A DNA stretch of 61,834 bases. Source: a virus. Taxonomy: Duplodnaviria > Caudoviricetes. This document shows, piece by piece, positions 26,226 to 36,682 of this stretch. The DNA is taken from IMG/VR virus record IMGVR_UViG_3300020061_000006, positions 1 to 61,834 of that record. One strand, given 5' to 3'. The translations under genes and the position numbers were made by a program. The notes under the pieces were generated by a model, which had not been told where the DNA came from, did no database searches, and saw only the letters and a program-made list of their open reading frames with translations. Position 1 is the stretch's first letter, and every line of letters starts with the position of its first letter.

Positions 26226-27500
26226 TTAGACGCCAGTAACCTTGCAGAAGGCGGCCGGACGGTAGACGACGAAAGCCGCACGCATGTCCGCACGCATGGC
26301 CTGTTTGCCGTTCACGAAGTAATCGGAGTGCGAGTTAGAAACCTGCACGTTGATACCGCGCTTGACGGCAAGCTCGCTGTAGTTAGCGAAGTCTCCGACG
26401 ATGATGGTGCCGGCCACTAGCGCCTGCGCCTCAGTCACCTGAAGTCCCCAGATACGCGAAACGCCGGTGTCGCTCGGGTTGCCCCAGATGTACAGACCAT
26501 CAGCAGTACGCAGAAGTCGAATACCCTGCCAGTCAAAGGGGTTGAACACCGCTGCGTTCGGCATAGCTCCACCGGTAACGCGAACGTTCGTCATGGCCTT
26601 GTAAACAGCATCCGGGGTAGCGTCGCTACCCTTTGCCTGCGTCTGGATGCCCGAGTAGGTAGTCAGACCCTTAAGGTTCGGAGCGTTGCCATCGCCAGCG
26701 AGAATCTGGGAGTCCAGACGCTGACGCACCATGAACGGAAGGCGGTTGTCAACGTAGCCACGAACCTGAGCAACATCCTCAAGCTGTTCATCCGTGATTG
26801 CGAGATAAACCGAGATCTTACGGACGGGCGAACTCTGCTCAGTAAGCTCGAAATCAGTCTGAGGATAGGCGCCACCCTCCGCGACTTCTGTGGCATTTGT
26901 TACGCCATCAGTGCCGAATCCAGTCTCTTCCATGAACACGACCGCAGACTGATTAGTAGCATTCTGCGGAACGATGTCAACGACCTGAATCGGGCGGGTC
27001 ACGAAGTCAACGACACGGCCGGTACGGATGTTCTGAGGTGCCCAGCCATCACCGGTGCTTATGTCCGTGGCAGCAGTCTTCAGCATAAGGCCCTTGAGGT
27101 CAATATCCAAGGTCGCCTCAGGACCAGAATTACCGGTCTTACCCTTGTAAGCCTGCGACTCAATAAACAGATCACCAAAAGACTTGCGCTGAGCAGGAAT
27201 ATTTGCGTTGTTGTTCTCATTGCCGCGCTCACCATCGCGGGCATTCGGCGCCTGCTGAATGCGCTGCGCAGCCTTGAGAGTTTCCTGCAAGTCGTCGTGC
27301 TTAGTGCCCAGGTCGTTAAGTTCGTGGTTCCACTCGCGAACCTGCTTGGCAACCTCGAAGGTGTTACCAGTAACAGACTTCACCTTAGTGAAGTCCATTT
27401 CCGGCCCCGCCTCAGAGATGACCGCTGAAACCTTGGCACGGAGGTTATCAATCTTGCCCTTTACTTCCTTCAGGGCGGGGAAGTCAATTTCAGTAGCCAT
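26226..27500 (-). CDS. Major capsid protein (HK97 family, with N-terminal delta domain)
   Basis: VAEGGAYP, ITDEQLED, QIL.GDG, NP.DW, IWGL.V, GDF, RA..R...V.RP.AF. Confidence 0.95.
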   Translation of the reverse strand: MATEIDFPALKEVKGKIDNLRAKVSAVISEAGPEMDFTKVKSVTGNTFEVAKQVREWNHELNDLGTKHDDLQETLKAAQRIQQAPNARDGERGNENNNANIPAQRKSFGDLFIESQAYKGKTGNSGPEATLDIDLKGLMLKTAATDISTGDGWAPQNIRTGRVVDFVTRPIQVVDIVPQNATNQSAVVFMEETGFGTDGVTNATEVAEGGAYPQTDFELTEQSSPVRKISVYLAITDEQLEDVAQVRGYVDNRLPFMVRQRLDSQILAGDGNAPNLKGLTTYSGIQTQAKGSDATPDAVYKAMTNVRVTGGAMPNAAVFNPFDWQGIRLLRTADGLYIWGNPSDTGVSRIWGLQVTEAQALVAGTIIVGDFANYSELAVKRGINVQVSNSHSDYFVNGKQAMRADMRAAFVVYRPAAFCKVTGV

Positions 27501-28608
27501 TGGTATTATTCCTCTGTATTTCCATAAGATCGAAAATGGCAGCTTCGCGGGCAAGTTCCTCTTGCGGCGTGTCAACGACCGCCTTAAGGTTCTTAAGCTC
27601 ATCATTCAGCCAATCGAGCATTTCGACTGATGCGTGAGACATGGTGCGGCCCTTTGCGGCTCGCATTGCCGCAATCTCCTGCGCGCGAAGAATAAGGTCA
27701 GATACCGAAGCCAAGACAGCGGCACATTCGTCAGCGAATTTAAGCGAGGTCGAATTGGTATTCGCGCGGAGTTCAGGAACCTCGCGCTTAGCCTCTTCCA
27801 GGTGCGCGGCAAGGTGGTTGTAAACACCGCGCCGGTCGGCATCGGGGATGCCGGCCCCTCCACGTGCTCCATTAAGGATTGCAATACCCGTGATGCAAGC
27901 GCGGATATTGGCCTCACCCTTGACGGCTTCATGGTGGGGAAATTTGTAGGACTCCTTAACTTCAGGATCCTTAGTGGGGTCACACCAGGCAAAAACACTT
28001 CGGAGATCAGACACCGAAGATTCCGCAGGGATACCCTTTATCGCCTTGCTACCGTTCCATTCGCCGTCCGCAGCCTTAGTAAGGTGCGGGCGAATTGCAG
28101 CCTTGTAAGCATCGCCAGCCATTGCGGCCTGCTCCTTAGCGGCCTTAGTGCCTAGAGTGCGGGTATTAACTCCGGCACCCTGCATAACCGGCGACACTTC
28201 ATGGACCTTGACGGCATTAAGGAATCGAACGTCTTGTCCATCGAATACGCCAGGGGCTGCGTCCAGGATGTCAAATCCGTAGGACCACTCACCCAATCCA
28301 CTTTTGGCAAGTTCGGCCACGGTATTAAACGCGTCTACGCCGTGCGTGGTGTCCATGAAGAACTGCATATCTGCAATTGCTTCAGACTTAGTGGTTCGGA
28401 TAACACCCTTGCCAACGGGAAGCTGGCCGGACCAACTCTGATGACCGTAGGCGCTGACGACGATGGGTGCACCATCCTGGATTGCATCCGGAGGTGTTAC
28501 GTCGCCGTCTTTGTCAATTACGTTGAATGTCGAGAACACCGCCTCGACTTCACCCTTGGCGGCATCCTTGATTCGTATTGTGGAAGAGAAATCCTTACGG
28601 ATGGGCAT
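27490..28608 (-). CDS. HK97-type prohead protease with C-terminal extra domain
   Basis: FNVIDKDGDV, H, PVGKG, WSYGF, EVSPV..GA; then YKFPHH...LNGARGG domain. Confidence 0.9.
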   Translation of the reverse strand: MPIRKDFSSTIRIKDAAKGEVEAVFSTFNVIDKDGDVTPPDAIQDGAPIVVSAYGHQSWSGQLPVGKGVIRTTKSEAIADMQFFMDTTHGVDAFNTVAELAKSGLGEWSYGFDILDAAPGVFDGQDVRFLNAVKVHEVSPVMQGAGVNTRTLGTKAAKEQAAMAGDAYKAAIRPHLTKAADGEWNGSKAIKGIPAESSVSDLRSVFAWCDPTKDPEVKESYKFPHHEAVKGEANIRACITGIAILNGARGGAGIPDADRRGVYNHLAAHLEEAKREVPELRANTNSTSLKFADECAAVLASVSDLILRAQEIAAMRAAKGRTMSHASVEMLDWLNDELKNLKAVVDTPQEELAREAAIFDLMEIQRNNTNGY

Positions 28609-28637
28609 AGCAATTTCCAATCGGTACCAGGAACCGG

Positions 28638-30050
28638 TTAGTTGCCATTTGGACCATTGCCCGGAGAAGTCGGGTCTTGTCCATTGGCTGATTTAGGAGG
28701 TAGTTCAGAAAGGGGGGGTTGCATTTGTACGGAAACAAGGCCGGTATGCTGACCGGTCAAAAGGCCAAGATCCCGCGTCATCGTCGCCTGAACTGACGCG
28801 TCCGGCTTGTATCCGGATTTAATAAGCGAATCGATGGAGTTAGCCTGAATGCGGAAGATCTCCGCCAGGTCTGTTTCATCCTCGCGAAGGAAAGCCACAT
28901 CTGAGGTGTCGTACCAAAGTGCGGCTTGGCTATTAGGCGCGTTGACGACGTTCTGAAGGCTCGCCGCAGCAATGCGCCACAACGTGCGAATGGTGCCGTC
29001 AGCGAGACGCCGGCGAGCGGCTGCGTAGTTGCCAGCATTAAGGCCGGAACCCTGCAATCCCTCAGAGAAGCCAACCCACTGAGGGGGCATTCCGCCGGCT
29101 GACGCTATGCGCGACTCGCCCTTTCCGACCGTTGCGGAGAAGTCGAGCTGCCGGAAATCCATTGTCAGTGGCGTTACGTCTGCGCCACCCAAAAGGAAGA
29201 GCGTCTTATAAGCATTGAACGCCCCCTGATGGCCTGCTTTGAATTGCAAGACGAATTCGTCAAAGTCTTCTTTCGAAGTATCCTTATCGAATTTGACAGC
29301 GAGGTTCGGAACGGCGGCATGATCGAAAAATTGCTTCTTATGCAAGGTGGACGACATGTCCGCTTGAATCTCAAGCAGGATTGGCGTAAGCCACGACATG
29401 CCACGGAATCGAGCAACAGGATCCGGTGTCGGCGAATAATGGCAGACTTCATCAGGCATAAGCAGGACCGTTGGCGCTTGCCCGTTGTCCTGTTGCGGCA
29501 CACCGCTTAGCTGCGTGCTATACATGTATCCGATGATTCGCGCATCCGCCGCAAAAGGATCCTTGTTGCTGGCGAGGCTTGAACCGATAAGGATGATGAC
29601 CCAATCGGGACGCAAGCGCGTGAGCCGCAGCCCCTGGCCGGCGGCTGCCTTTCCATAGCGCCCAAGGTCGTCGGTACGCGTCCAGTACGAGTTCCCTGCG
29701 AGCGAAGCGTCCTGTTCCATACGCGCAAGCAATTCGCCTGTCGTGCCGCCTGGCCATGGCGTTTCCAATATGGAAAGCTCTGGACTGCCGAACAGATTGC
29801 CCTTATTAATCCTGTCGCGCCAAATGAAGGTACCTTCAGAAAACAGCTTCATTCGCGCATCAATTACAGAAAAAATAGTACCATTGCGCTTGTAGGCGCC
29901 TTGTGCATATCCCTCGAAATCGTTGTCTAGTCTTTCCTCGGTAGATATCCCAGAAGCGACGAAGGGGAGATTCAATAGGTCTGTCTGCCAGAACGGCGGC
30001 TGGACGAATGACTTTTTTTCCCTGCCGAATAGGCGTTTCCAGAATGCCAT
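28638..30050 (-). CDS. Portal protein (HK97 family)
   Basis: LAGNSYW, LRPD, EV.HY, RG.S, IASA.G.PP. Confidence 0.92.
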   Translation of the reverse strand: MAFWKRLFGREKKSFVQPPFWQTDLLNLPFVASGISTEERLDNDFEGYAQGAYKRNGTIFSVIDARMKLFSEGTFIWRDRINKGNLFGSPELSILETPWPGGTTGELLARMEQDASLAGNSYWTRTDDLGRYGKAAAGQGLRLTRLRPDWVIILIGSSLASNKDPFAADARIIGYMYSTQLSGVPQQDNGQAPTVLLMPDEVCHYSPTPDPVARFRGMSWLTPILLEIQADMSSTLHKKQFFDHAAVPNLAVKFDKDTSKEDFDEFVLQFKAGHQGAFNAYKTLFLLGGADVTPLTMDFRQLDFSATVGKGESRIASAGGMPPQWVGFSEGLQGSGLNAGNYAAARRRLADGTIRTLWRIAAASLQNVVNAPNSQAALWYDTSDVAFLREDETDLAEIFRIQANSIDSLIKSGYKPDASVQATMTRDLGLLTGQHTGLVSVQMQPPLSELPPKSANGQDPTSPGNGPNGN

Positions 30051-30057
30051 AAAGTTG

Positions 30058-31563
30058 TCACCCCCAAGCCATTGCAGTGGTTGTGGTTTTCTCAAATGAG
30101 AGCTTTTCGTGACCCCACAAAGCCAATGTCATGCAAACTGCGGGACTGATATCCACGTTCACGTTCGGTCGAGCCAGCGCCCAGAGTCCGGCCAAGTCGC
30201 GCTTTGATGCGCCGCGCATTGCGTTGTTAAGGTCCGTCTGATCGCGGTGCCACAGGTACGGCTCATTGTTCTTTGCCGGACAAATAGCGGAGCGCATCTT
30301 TCCGCACGCCTGAGCGTATTCACGCGCGGTAGGAGAAACGACTCTGATGCCGGCGGCTTCGAGTGCCGGCTTGAGGTCTCCGGCCTGCGATGTCATGTCG
30401 ATGATGAAAGCAATGGGCTTCCAACGCTTCTGCAATTCCTTAGCGCGCTCTACGACCCAATTGGCACCGGGGCGATAGTCAATCTCGGTTCCGTCACCAC
30501 GACTCGTTATTTCAGCGACCTTGCTGCCGTCGCCGGCATCGCCTACCGCGAGAATGCAGGAGTGCGAACGATCCGGATTCGTATCAATGGCGAAGACGAG
30601 TGGCCGCTGTGGAGCGAGGGATTCCGTAGTTCGAGCCAGCCAATGTTCCTCCGAAAGCACTTTCCATTGCTCGGTCGGATTGGGCCAGTCTCCGACGCCT
30701 AGTCGCTCCTGCTTAAACAGCACAGGACCGAGCGAACGGAATTCTTTCTCTATATGCTCCCGAGAAATGGTTATACCCATACTCGGATTAGCTATTGCCC
30801 ACGCCTCAGGATCGGTAATCGATTCGTGGTCAGGACACTTGTAATCCTTGACCTCGGGATCGCAATAGTCGTTGCAGTGATTTATGGACCATTCAAGATA
30901 TGAAAGCGAAGGATCTTCTCCCTTGAGCGCACGCGCACGCACCGCACCGAATTGCGTAGACTCCTGATTGCCGGCGGATCCCGTATACCAAAGCTGTGGA
31001 TTGCCAGTCACTGATCGAGCCGACATCGTAGGGATAAGCGCGGCAACCGCCGTATCGGCTAGGTACATCGCTTCGTCCAGGATGATTAGATCACCGGTGA
31101 AGCCACGGCCACCGCCCTTGGTCCGCGTACGGAATCTGATCTTTTGTTTGTTCTTTAGAGTGATTCCCTCATCGCCGTGCGAACGCGACACGCGCATCAC
31201 TTCGCGGTCGAGATCTGGATTACTTTCAATGAGAGTTAGCAAACGCTCGAATGCCTCAAGCGAAGTATCGAAGAGGTGCGCTGAATGTATGATGAACTTC
31301 TCGCCAAACAAAAAAAGCCCGGCAAGTTCCCGGGCTTCTAGAATGCTTCCTTTTCCATTTTGTCGAGAAACCATTAGGCCAACTTCGAAAGCTGACCACT
31401 TTCCGTCGTCTCTTACTCCGAGCGACTTTCTTAGTACCGTCTTTTCCCATTCGAACAAATGCAGACCGGCTGTTGCCGCAAGTTCTATCGCGTCATCACC
31501 GAGACTGTATGTTGTTGAAATAGGCGTATGCATGATCCGTGGATCCTGAACGCCAATCATCAT
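30058..31563 (-). CDS. terL: Terminase large subunit
   Basis: VSRQNGKG Walker A, GRGFTGDLIILDEA Walker B, ANPS.G, FAID, DISP. Confidence 0.95.
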   Translation of the reverse strand: MMIGVQDPRIMHTPISTTYSLGDDAIELAATAGLHLFEWEKTVLRKSLGVRDDGKWSAFEVGLMVSRQNGKGSILEARELAGLFLFGEKFIIHSAHLFDTSLEAFERLLTLIESNPDLDREVMRVSRSHGDEGITLKNKQKIRFRTRTKGGGRGFTGDLIILDEAMYLADTAVAALIPTMSARSVTGNPQLWYTGSAGNQESTQFGAVRARALKGEDPSLSYLEWSINHCNDYCDPEVKDYKCPDHESITDPEAWAIANPSMGITISREHIEKEFRSLGPVLFKQERLGVGDWPNPTEQWKVLSEEHWLARTTESLAPQRPLVFAIDTNPDRSHSCILAVGDAGDGSKVAEITSRGDGTEIDYRPGANWVVERAKELQKRWKPIAFIIDMTSQAGDLKPALEAAGIRVVSPTAREYAQACGKMRSAICPAKNNEPYLWHRDQTDLNNAMRGASKRDLAGLWALARPNVNVDISPAVCMTLALWGHEKLSFEKTTTTAMAWG

Positions 31564-31949
31564 CTCGGCAGCTCGCTGCCCTTGGGTCGCGTCCGGCGGC
31601 TGTCCTGCCGGCGCGCGGCAGACTGCGGAGACGCTGAGGTCTCCGTCCCGCCACCCGTACGCTTGCTGACGCGGTTGCGGATGGTCGCCAGGTCCGGCAC
31701 GTCCGACGGGAGCCCCGGGGACGCCTGAGGGGCCGCAGGGGCCTTGTCCATGGCCTCGATCTTGGCCAGGCAATCCATGAGTCTATTGGTCAATGGTGCA
31801 ATCTCTTTGTAGTCCGGACCGCTTCTATTGCAGTGTTCGCATTCGTTGCCACTGAGCGCTCTGCCGAGCATGTCACGGATAGCTTTAAGAGATTCAAGCG
31901 TGTCGTCTTGCCGTAGGACGCCTAGCAGGACATCGGGTATCTCTTGCAT
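31560..31949 (-). CDS. Terminase small subunit (putative)
   Basis: ATGA-coupled to terL; L..L...RD.L...IAPL..RL. Confidence 0.7.
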   Translation of the reverse strand: MQEIPDVLLGVLRQDDTLESLKAIRDMLGRALSGNECEHCNRSGPDYKEIAPLTNRLMDCLAKIEAMDKAPAAPQASPGLPSDVPDLATIRNRVSKRTGGGTETSASPQSAARRQDSRRTRPKGSELPR

Positions 31950-31975
31950 AGACGCTCCTTTGGGTGCGGCCCCAG

Positions 31976-32596
31976 TTATCGATTTCCCTTTATGGAATTG
32001 CAAACCCTGTGCATTAGTTGAACGTTAGAAAGAAGATCATTGCCACCATTTGAAAGCGCTACGCGATGATCTATAGTCGGGCCCATAGGCAGTAGACCCG
32101 AAAGCTCCATGTCTACCGGACAATTACAATATTGACATTCGTAATTATCTCTTTCGGCTATCTCAAAGAGCGAATACTTTTCGCTATGAGCACCGATCTT
32201 CCTTGCCCTACGCGCGCGATGCTTACGCCTATCGCGTTCTGCTCTTCTCTTGTCTGCGCATGGCTCGCACAGTCTCACGCCATTTGACTTGACGGCTTCA
32301 GTTGGAAGACTGCAATCCGTGCATGGATTTACTGTTACGCCAACCATCCTGTTTTGCCTGTAATAATTTCTGTGGTATTTACGTATACTGCCGTGATTCT
32401 CTGTGGCCCATTTTTCCAAGAGATGCTTTTTGCATATTCCACTACTGCCAGCGTGAGAATCGCAATCAACGAATGAACACGCTCTATTCTTCCTACATGA
32501 CTGACACGTCATCTCGCCAGGTGGCAGAGATTTCGTACTTCGCCATAGCAGCTTTCCGCATCCGCTCGCGCATGGAACATCGGCCTTTCTGGGCAA
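31976..32596 (-). CDS. HNH endonuclease (homing-type, multiple Zn fingers)
   Basis: ERD...CQYC...TIDH.V.LS.GG....NVQL.H..CN..KG. Confidence 0.9.
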   Translation of the reverse strand: MPRKADVPCASGCGKLLWRSTKSLPPGEMTCQSCRKNRACSFVDCDSHAGSSGICKKHLLEKWATENHGSIRKYHRNYYRQNRMVGVTVNPCTDCSLPTEAVKSNGVRLCEPCADKRRAERDRRKHRARRARKIGAHSEKYSLFEIAERDNYECQYCNCPVDMELSGLLPMGPTIDHRVALSNGGNDLLSNVQLMHRVCNSIKGNR

Positions 32597-32659
32597 CGCT
32601 CATTCTCCTTTTAAATTTTATGCACGCTAACTCTTCAAGATCATTTAGGAAACACGCAA

Positions 32660-32745
32660 TTTAGAGAGGAAATAGGTCAGGAGTGGGGGCAGGGTCAGCC
32701 ACGGTCCATGATCAGTTGCATACCCACCCCCCCACATGTATACCT
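32660..32745. other. Possible cos / packaging region
   Basis: Non-coding, G-run (GGGGGGGTGGG on -) after the HNH gene and upstream of terS, as in HK97-like cos phages. Confidence 0.35.
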
Positions 32746-32836
32746 ATGCGTTGCCGGTACCATTTGCTCCCCTATCCACACATGTGATTGATCAATGCAA
32801 TGACATATGACAGAGCTCTGCGGTCGGCGGCTCAAG

Positions 32837-33157
32837 TCACCAGCGGCGAGACGCATTAGTTGCAATGCGTACTTCTCTATTTCCTTTGGCACTGTTGCAT
32901 GTACGATGCGCCTCGCGTGCATTGCTACGCTCAAGCGCTAGATGCGGTGCCTTGCTTAGCGGTATGTGGTGGTCGAGTGTCCATGCCCACTTGTTGTTAC
33001 GGTCTATGCGGGATAGCTCCATGTCTATTGGCCGTGCACACACACAGCACACGTGGTCGCCATTCTCCTTAAGCCACTGCTTAAGCCTATTGAGCGGCCT
33101 GCCTGAGCGACCACGCCTCTTGTTGAGCGCATCCTCGCTATCGTCCACCCTGCACAC
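32837..33157 (-). CDS. HNH endonuclease (terminase-associated, gp74-like)
   Basis: CCVCARPID...WTLDHHIPLS...N...AH..CNS.KG. Confidence 0.88.
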   Translation of the reverse strand: MCRVDDSEDALNKRRGRSGRPLNRLKQWLKENGDHVCCVCARPIDMELSRIDRNNKWAWTLDHHIPLSKAPHLALERSNAREAHRTCNSAKGNREVRIATNASRRW

Positions 33158-33357
33158 CTACTGCCTATACCTAGGTGGCCATTCCCCTAACTGCCCCGTC
33201 ATACATTGAATGATTCAATTGGTATTGAACGCAAAGAGGCCACCACTCGTGATCGTTACGAGTGGTGGCCTCAGTGGGCATGCCAGTGGGTACCGCTTAA
33301 GCTTCGCACCCCTTCGCGCTAGCGTCAATGTGCTACACGTGTGCTAGCGCATATGTG

Positions 33358-34320
33358 CTAGCGCCCCCCTTCGTGCTGTGTAGGTAGAGGCATGCGCGCG
33401 CGCCCACGCGGTAGGGGTGGCGGGGCCGGCATCGGCTCGCCTGGTATGTACTGCGGTAGCTCTGCTAGGTCCCATCGTGGTATGCCTCGCTTGCCGCTGG
33501 CGTACGCGGTAACTCGGCCTTCCGACTTCCATCTGTACAGCGTGCCTACGGGACGACCGGTGTAGGCGACCGCTGTAGCGGTATCCACAAGTCCGCTGAT
33601 ACGCGCAAGCAGGCGTACCCATTCATGTCGCTTATAGCGGTGGCCGCATTGTACGCACGTCACATCGCTGTCGCTGTCCTCGGCTACAACGAGCATGCCG
33701 GCACATTGGCCGCACGGCGTATCAGGCAATGCCTTTTTACGCACATCATAGCCAAGCATAATTCGCGCCGCTTTGACGTGCTTACGAAATGCTTCGCGTA
33801 TCTCTAGCAGAAGCGCTGCGGATTGCGGTGTTGCCTGATCCACTCCGGCGAGCTTTACCAAATCGGCAAATGAAAAATATTCTCGCTGCGCCAATCCTAG
33901 AATAAGCCTTAGATTAGCATTCGCATAATCTAGCGAATTTGATATATCGTCTCGCAAATAAACGGCTTCGAACTTGCCAGGCGCCGACGATTCCGACTTG
34001 TTCGCCTTTTTATCTTCGCTATTTCGCACATTGCGAAGCTGAACAATTTCACTCTCAAGCTGGTTGAAAAGGCCGGCCTGTTTCACATTCGCACTGCGAT
34101 GATACTTGATTCCGTCGATTACCTCTACGAAATCAACTTTCTCATTCCACCCTGATGTCAATTGCTCGTACTGCCTTAGCACTACTTTCCACAGAAGTTC
34201 GTCCACCGTTATAACTCCTCTTGTGCTGGCAAAAGCAGTGCGTTTGATCTGGACCGTTATTTTCGCAGTCCTTGTGACGATTCGGCAAATTATTATCGGC
34301 CGCGTCCTGGCACGGCTCAC
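33358..34320 (-). CDS. Zn-finger + C-terminal HTH protein, possible late regulator
   Basis: CGQC...CVQC; TATAVAYTGRPVGTLYRWKSEGRV; real start may be GTG 34206. Confidence 0.65.
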   Translation of the reverse strand: MSRARTRPIIICRIVTRTAKITVQIKRTAFASTRGVITVDELLWKVVLRQYEQLTSGWNEKVDFVEVIDGIKYHRSANVKQAGLFNQLESEIVQLRNVRNSEDKKANKSESSAPGKFEAVYLRDDISNSLDYANANLRLILGLAQREYFSFADLVKLAGVDQATPQSAALLLEIREAFRKHVKAARIMLGYDVRKKALPDTPCGQCAGMLVVAEDSDSDVTCVQCGHRYKRHEWVRLLARISGLVDTATAVAYTGRPVGTLYRWKSEGRVTAYASGKRGIPRWDLAELPQYIPGEPMPAPPPLPRGRARMPLPTQHEGGR

Positions 34321-34541
34321 AGATTGGCAAGGAATTTCCTCTCTTTGCGCGCACGCCGCTTCTCGGCTTCCTCAACCTCACGAATCAGATTCGGCAAGTC
34401 GTGATCAACGGCCAGGGTGAACGCTTCCTTATCGTGAAAGGCGCAATCCGCTAGCCGAATACCGGGATGCCGTGTGCTGTGCATGAACTCAACAGCCATG
34501 CCTTTGAACTTGGAATAAATATCATTCATATCCAACCTCAC
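34317..34541 (-). CDS. Hypothetical protein
   Basis: Operon fill. Confidence 0.55.
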   Translation of the reverse strand: MRLDMNDIYSKFKGMAVEFMHSTRHPGIRLADCAFHDKEAFTLAVDHDLPNLIREVEEAEKRRARKERKFLANL

Positions 34542-35199
34542 CCTTTTTAGGTTCTAGATACTCGCCACTAAGTTTGTTGATTCGCGGATATCGCGGCTTC
34601 TTCGCCGAAGCAACTCGAAGCGAAACGTCTAGCTGTTCCTCTGGACTACACGCGAAATCATGCCGCGAATACCAATTGAAGTAATCGATATAGAAAGCGA
34701 AGAACGCTCCATCTTCGATTTCCTTTTCAGTAAAGAACGTTCGGCATACGAGACACAGTTTCGGCTTGAAGATAAAAGGTTTTTCAGAACGGACAGGGGT
34801 CGCATTCCTGGCAGCTTTTTCCTTCAACTCCTGCGAGTATTTTGGCGCAACAGCCGTGGGCGCGTTGATAAAGCTCACAGGAGCCTGTGGAGGGTTTACG
34901 GTTACATCAACTCGACTCGCGTTCACGTAAGCGCCGCTACAGGGATGCGACGCCAATACAGGCATTGCACCCCATTGCGATGCGGTGTGCCTACGGAGCA
35001 ACCGCAGAGGTTTGCCAGTGCGTTCCTGTACAAGGTCGTAGGTTGAGCGTCCAGCTATGAGCGCTTCTCTGTATGCGTCCAGTGAGAGCGGGGTGAGGTC
35101 GACGGCTGTTTCTAGTCCATCGACAAATGAAACGAAAATGTAGGTCTTACATTTAGAACATTGACTCAATTCGGGTTCATTACTAATAAGACTTGTCAT
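34522..35199 (-). CDS. Hypothetical protein
   Basis: CxxC...DG....VD..PL....EAL..GR.TY, H-x-C. Confidence 0.65.
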   Translation of the reverse strand: MTSLISNEPELSQCSKCKTYIFVSFVDGLETAVDLTPLSLDAYREALIAGRSTYDLVQERTGKPLRLLRRHTASQWGAMPVLASHPCSGAYVNASRVDVTVNPPQAPVSFINAPTAVAPKYSQELKEKAARNATPVRSEKPFIFKPKLCLVCRTFFTEKEIEDGAFFAFYIDYFNWYSRHDFACSPEEQLDVSLRVASAKKPRYPRINKLSGEYLEPKKGEVGYE

Positions 35200-35295
35200 C
35201 GAAATGAAACCTCAGCGTCCAGTGAGCCGACTACTCTGCGCATTCGTTCCAAGATCATCTAGCACTTGTTCCACAGTTGTCGCACACACTCCGGC

Positions 35296-35510
35296 TGACA
35301 TACTTGGCATACATGGAATAACTTAACTACTCTCTGTGAGTGTGTCCATGATCGCTCACCAGTTATGTCAGCCGGCCCCAGTTATGCCAAGTATGCCAAG
35401 TCTGTCATGTGTGCCAGCCCTGAAACCCACAGTTGTGTCAGGGGCCTGGCATAACTGCGGATTCTGACATAACTGTAGGTCAGAGGCCTGTAAGGGGTGG
35501 CATAACTGCG
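35296..35510. repeat. Iteron cluster, putative replication origin
   Basis: ~12 copies of TG(A/G)CA(T/C)A(A)C in both orientations at the 3' end of the helicase gene. Confidence 0.7.
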
Positions 35511-36682
35511 GGAGTCTCGATCTTGGGCAGCGACCAGTAGGAGACAAGATCACGACCGAAGCCGGAGCGTTCTACTACTACGTCCAAGGACTTCCTAGCC
35601 CTATGCAAAGAGGATTCCGAAATACCCTCCTGCCTGGCCGCAGTCTTGGCGTCTTTCGCGTTTGTTTTTCCTTGCGACTCCAAAAGATCCTTAAGAAACT
35701 TCTTCGCGTCGGTCATCTGTCCGCCATCGCTCAAGCTGGACTCTGCGAGAACGTCGGAAGTTTTGACCTTTGTAGTACCGGTAATTTTGATAAAAGAAGT
35801 TGAGATAAAATTGCCATCTTCGGTGAACGAGAACGGTTCGATAGTATACGTATAGCTATCGATATTCAGGTTCCCTAGATTGCTCTTTTCCTGTGAAAGG
35901 ATGTAGCCATTTTCTACTTCAGGATCCGCAATGACGCCCATAGCCGATCGGCATACGTTACCCATTTCAGTGCTTCCCAAAATGGCATCCATAAGGTTGT
36001 TCGTCATTGCCTTGCGCGTGTGCGCCAATCCGATAGCTGCCAAATTGTTTTCAATGCACATTTTCTGAATTGCTTGCATACTGGTCCGCATGAACGATCC
36101 TGTGTCGCCCTTAATCGATTCAAGGTTTGCGCTCAGCGGGTCGAGCATCACGCACGCCGCATCGACGCTACGCGCTGCTTCCGCCATGCGCTCACAGTCT
36201 CGCGGTAGGATCACGTTGCTGTCCGGCACGGACACGAAGAAGATGCGCGACAGTTCCGCGCCGGCAGCGACCATGCGAGGCTTCACCGTTCGTTCTAGCG
36301 AATCCTCGTTGACCACATATAGCACTGACTTGGGCTTGCCGAAAAAGCTGCCGTCCATGTTGCCGGTCGTGATGTCCGCAGCGATGCGAGCGAGCATCGT
36401 TGACTTGCCTACGCCACCACGACCAGCGATTAGGGTGATCTCCCCCATGGGAACGCGCTCTTTCCAAAGCCAATGCGTCGTAAGAGACCGAATACCGGAC
36501 GCACCGGTAAGGACAATCGAGCGGCCGGCTTGCAGCTCCTTCTCTGCTTCCTCCTGCCCTTTCTTCTTAGCAATCGTCTTTTCTTTTTCGATCTCAGTAA
36601 GACGAATGCGTTTATCTTCGGCAATAAAACGTGCAACAGGATCCCGTTGTGCTGCAACCTGATCTAGTTGCGTTTCCTGCAT
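35480..36682 (-). CDS. AAA_25 / RecA-superfamily helicase (RepA-like)
   Basis: WLW...P.GEITLIAGRGGVGKST, EDS, LDP, HTRK, LGS, KSNL. Confidence 0.9.
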   Translation of the reverse strand: MQETQLDQVAAQRDPVARFIAEDKRIRLTEIEKEKTIAKKKGQEEAEKELQAGRSIVLTGASGIRSLTTHWLWKERVPMGEITLIAGRGGVGKSTMLARIAADITTGNMDGSFFGKPKSVLYVVNEDSLERTVKPRMVAAGAELSRIFFVSVPDSNVILPRDCERMAEAARSVDAACVMLDPLSANLESIKGDTGSFMRTSMQAIQKMCIENNLAAIGLAHTRKAMTNNLMDAILGSTEMGNVCRSAMGVIADPEVENGYILSQEKSNLGNLNIDSYTYTIEPFSFTEDGNFISTSFIKITGTTKVKTSDVLAESSLSDGGQMTDAKKFLKDLLESQGKTNAKDAKTAARQEGISESSLHRARKSLDVVVERSGFGRDLVSYWSLPKIETPAVMPPLTGL

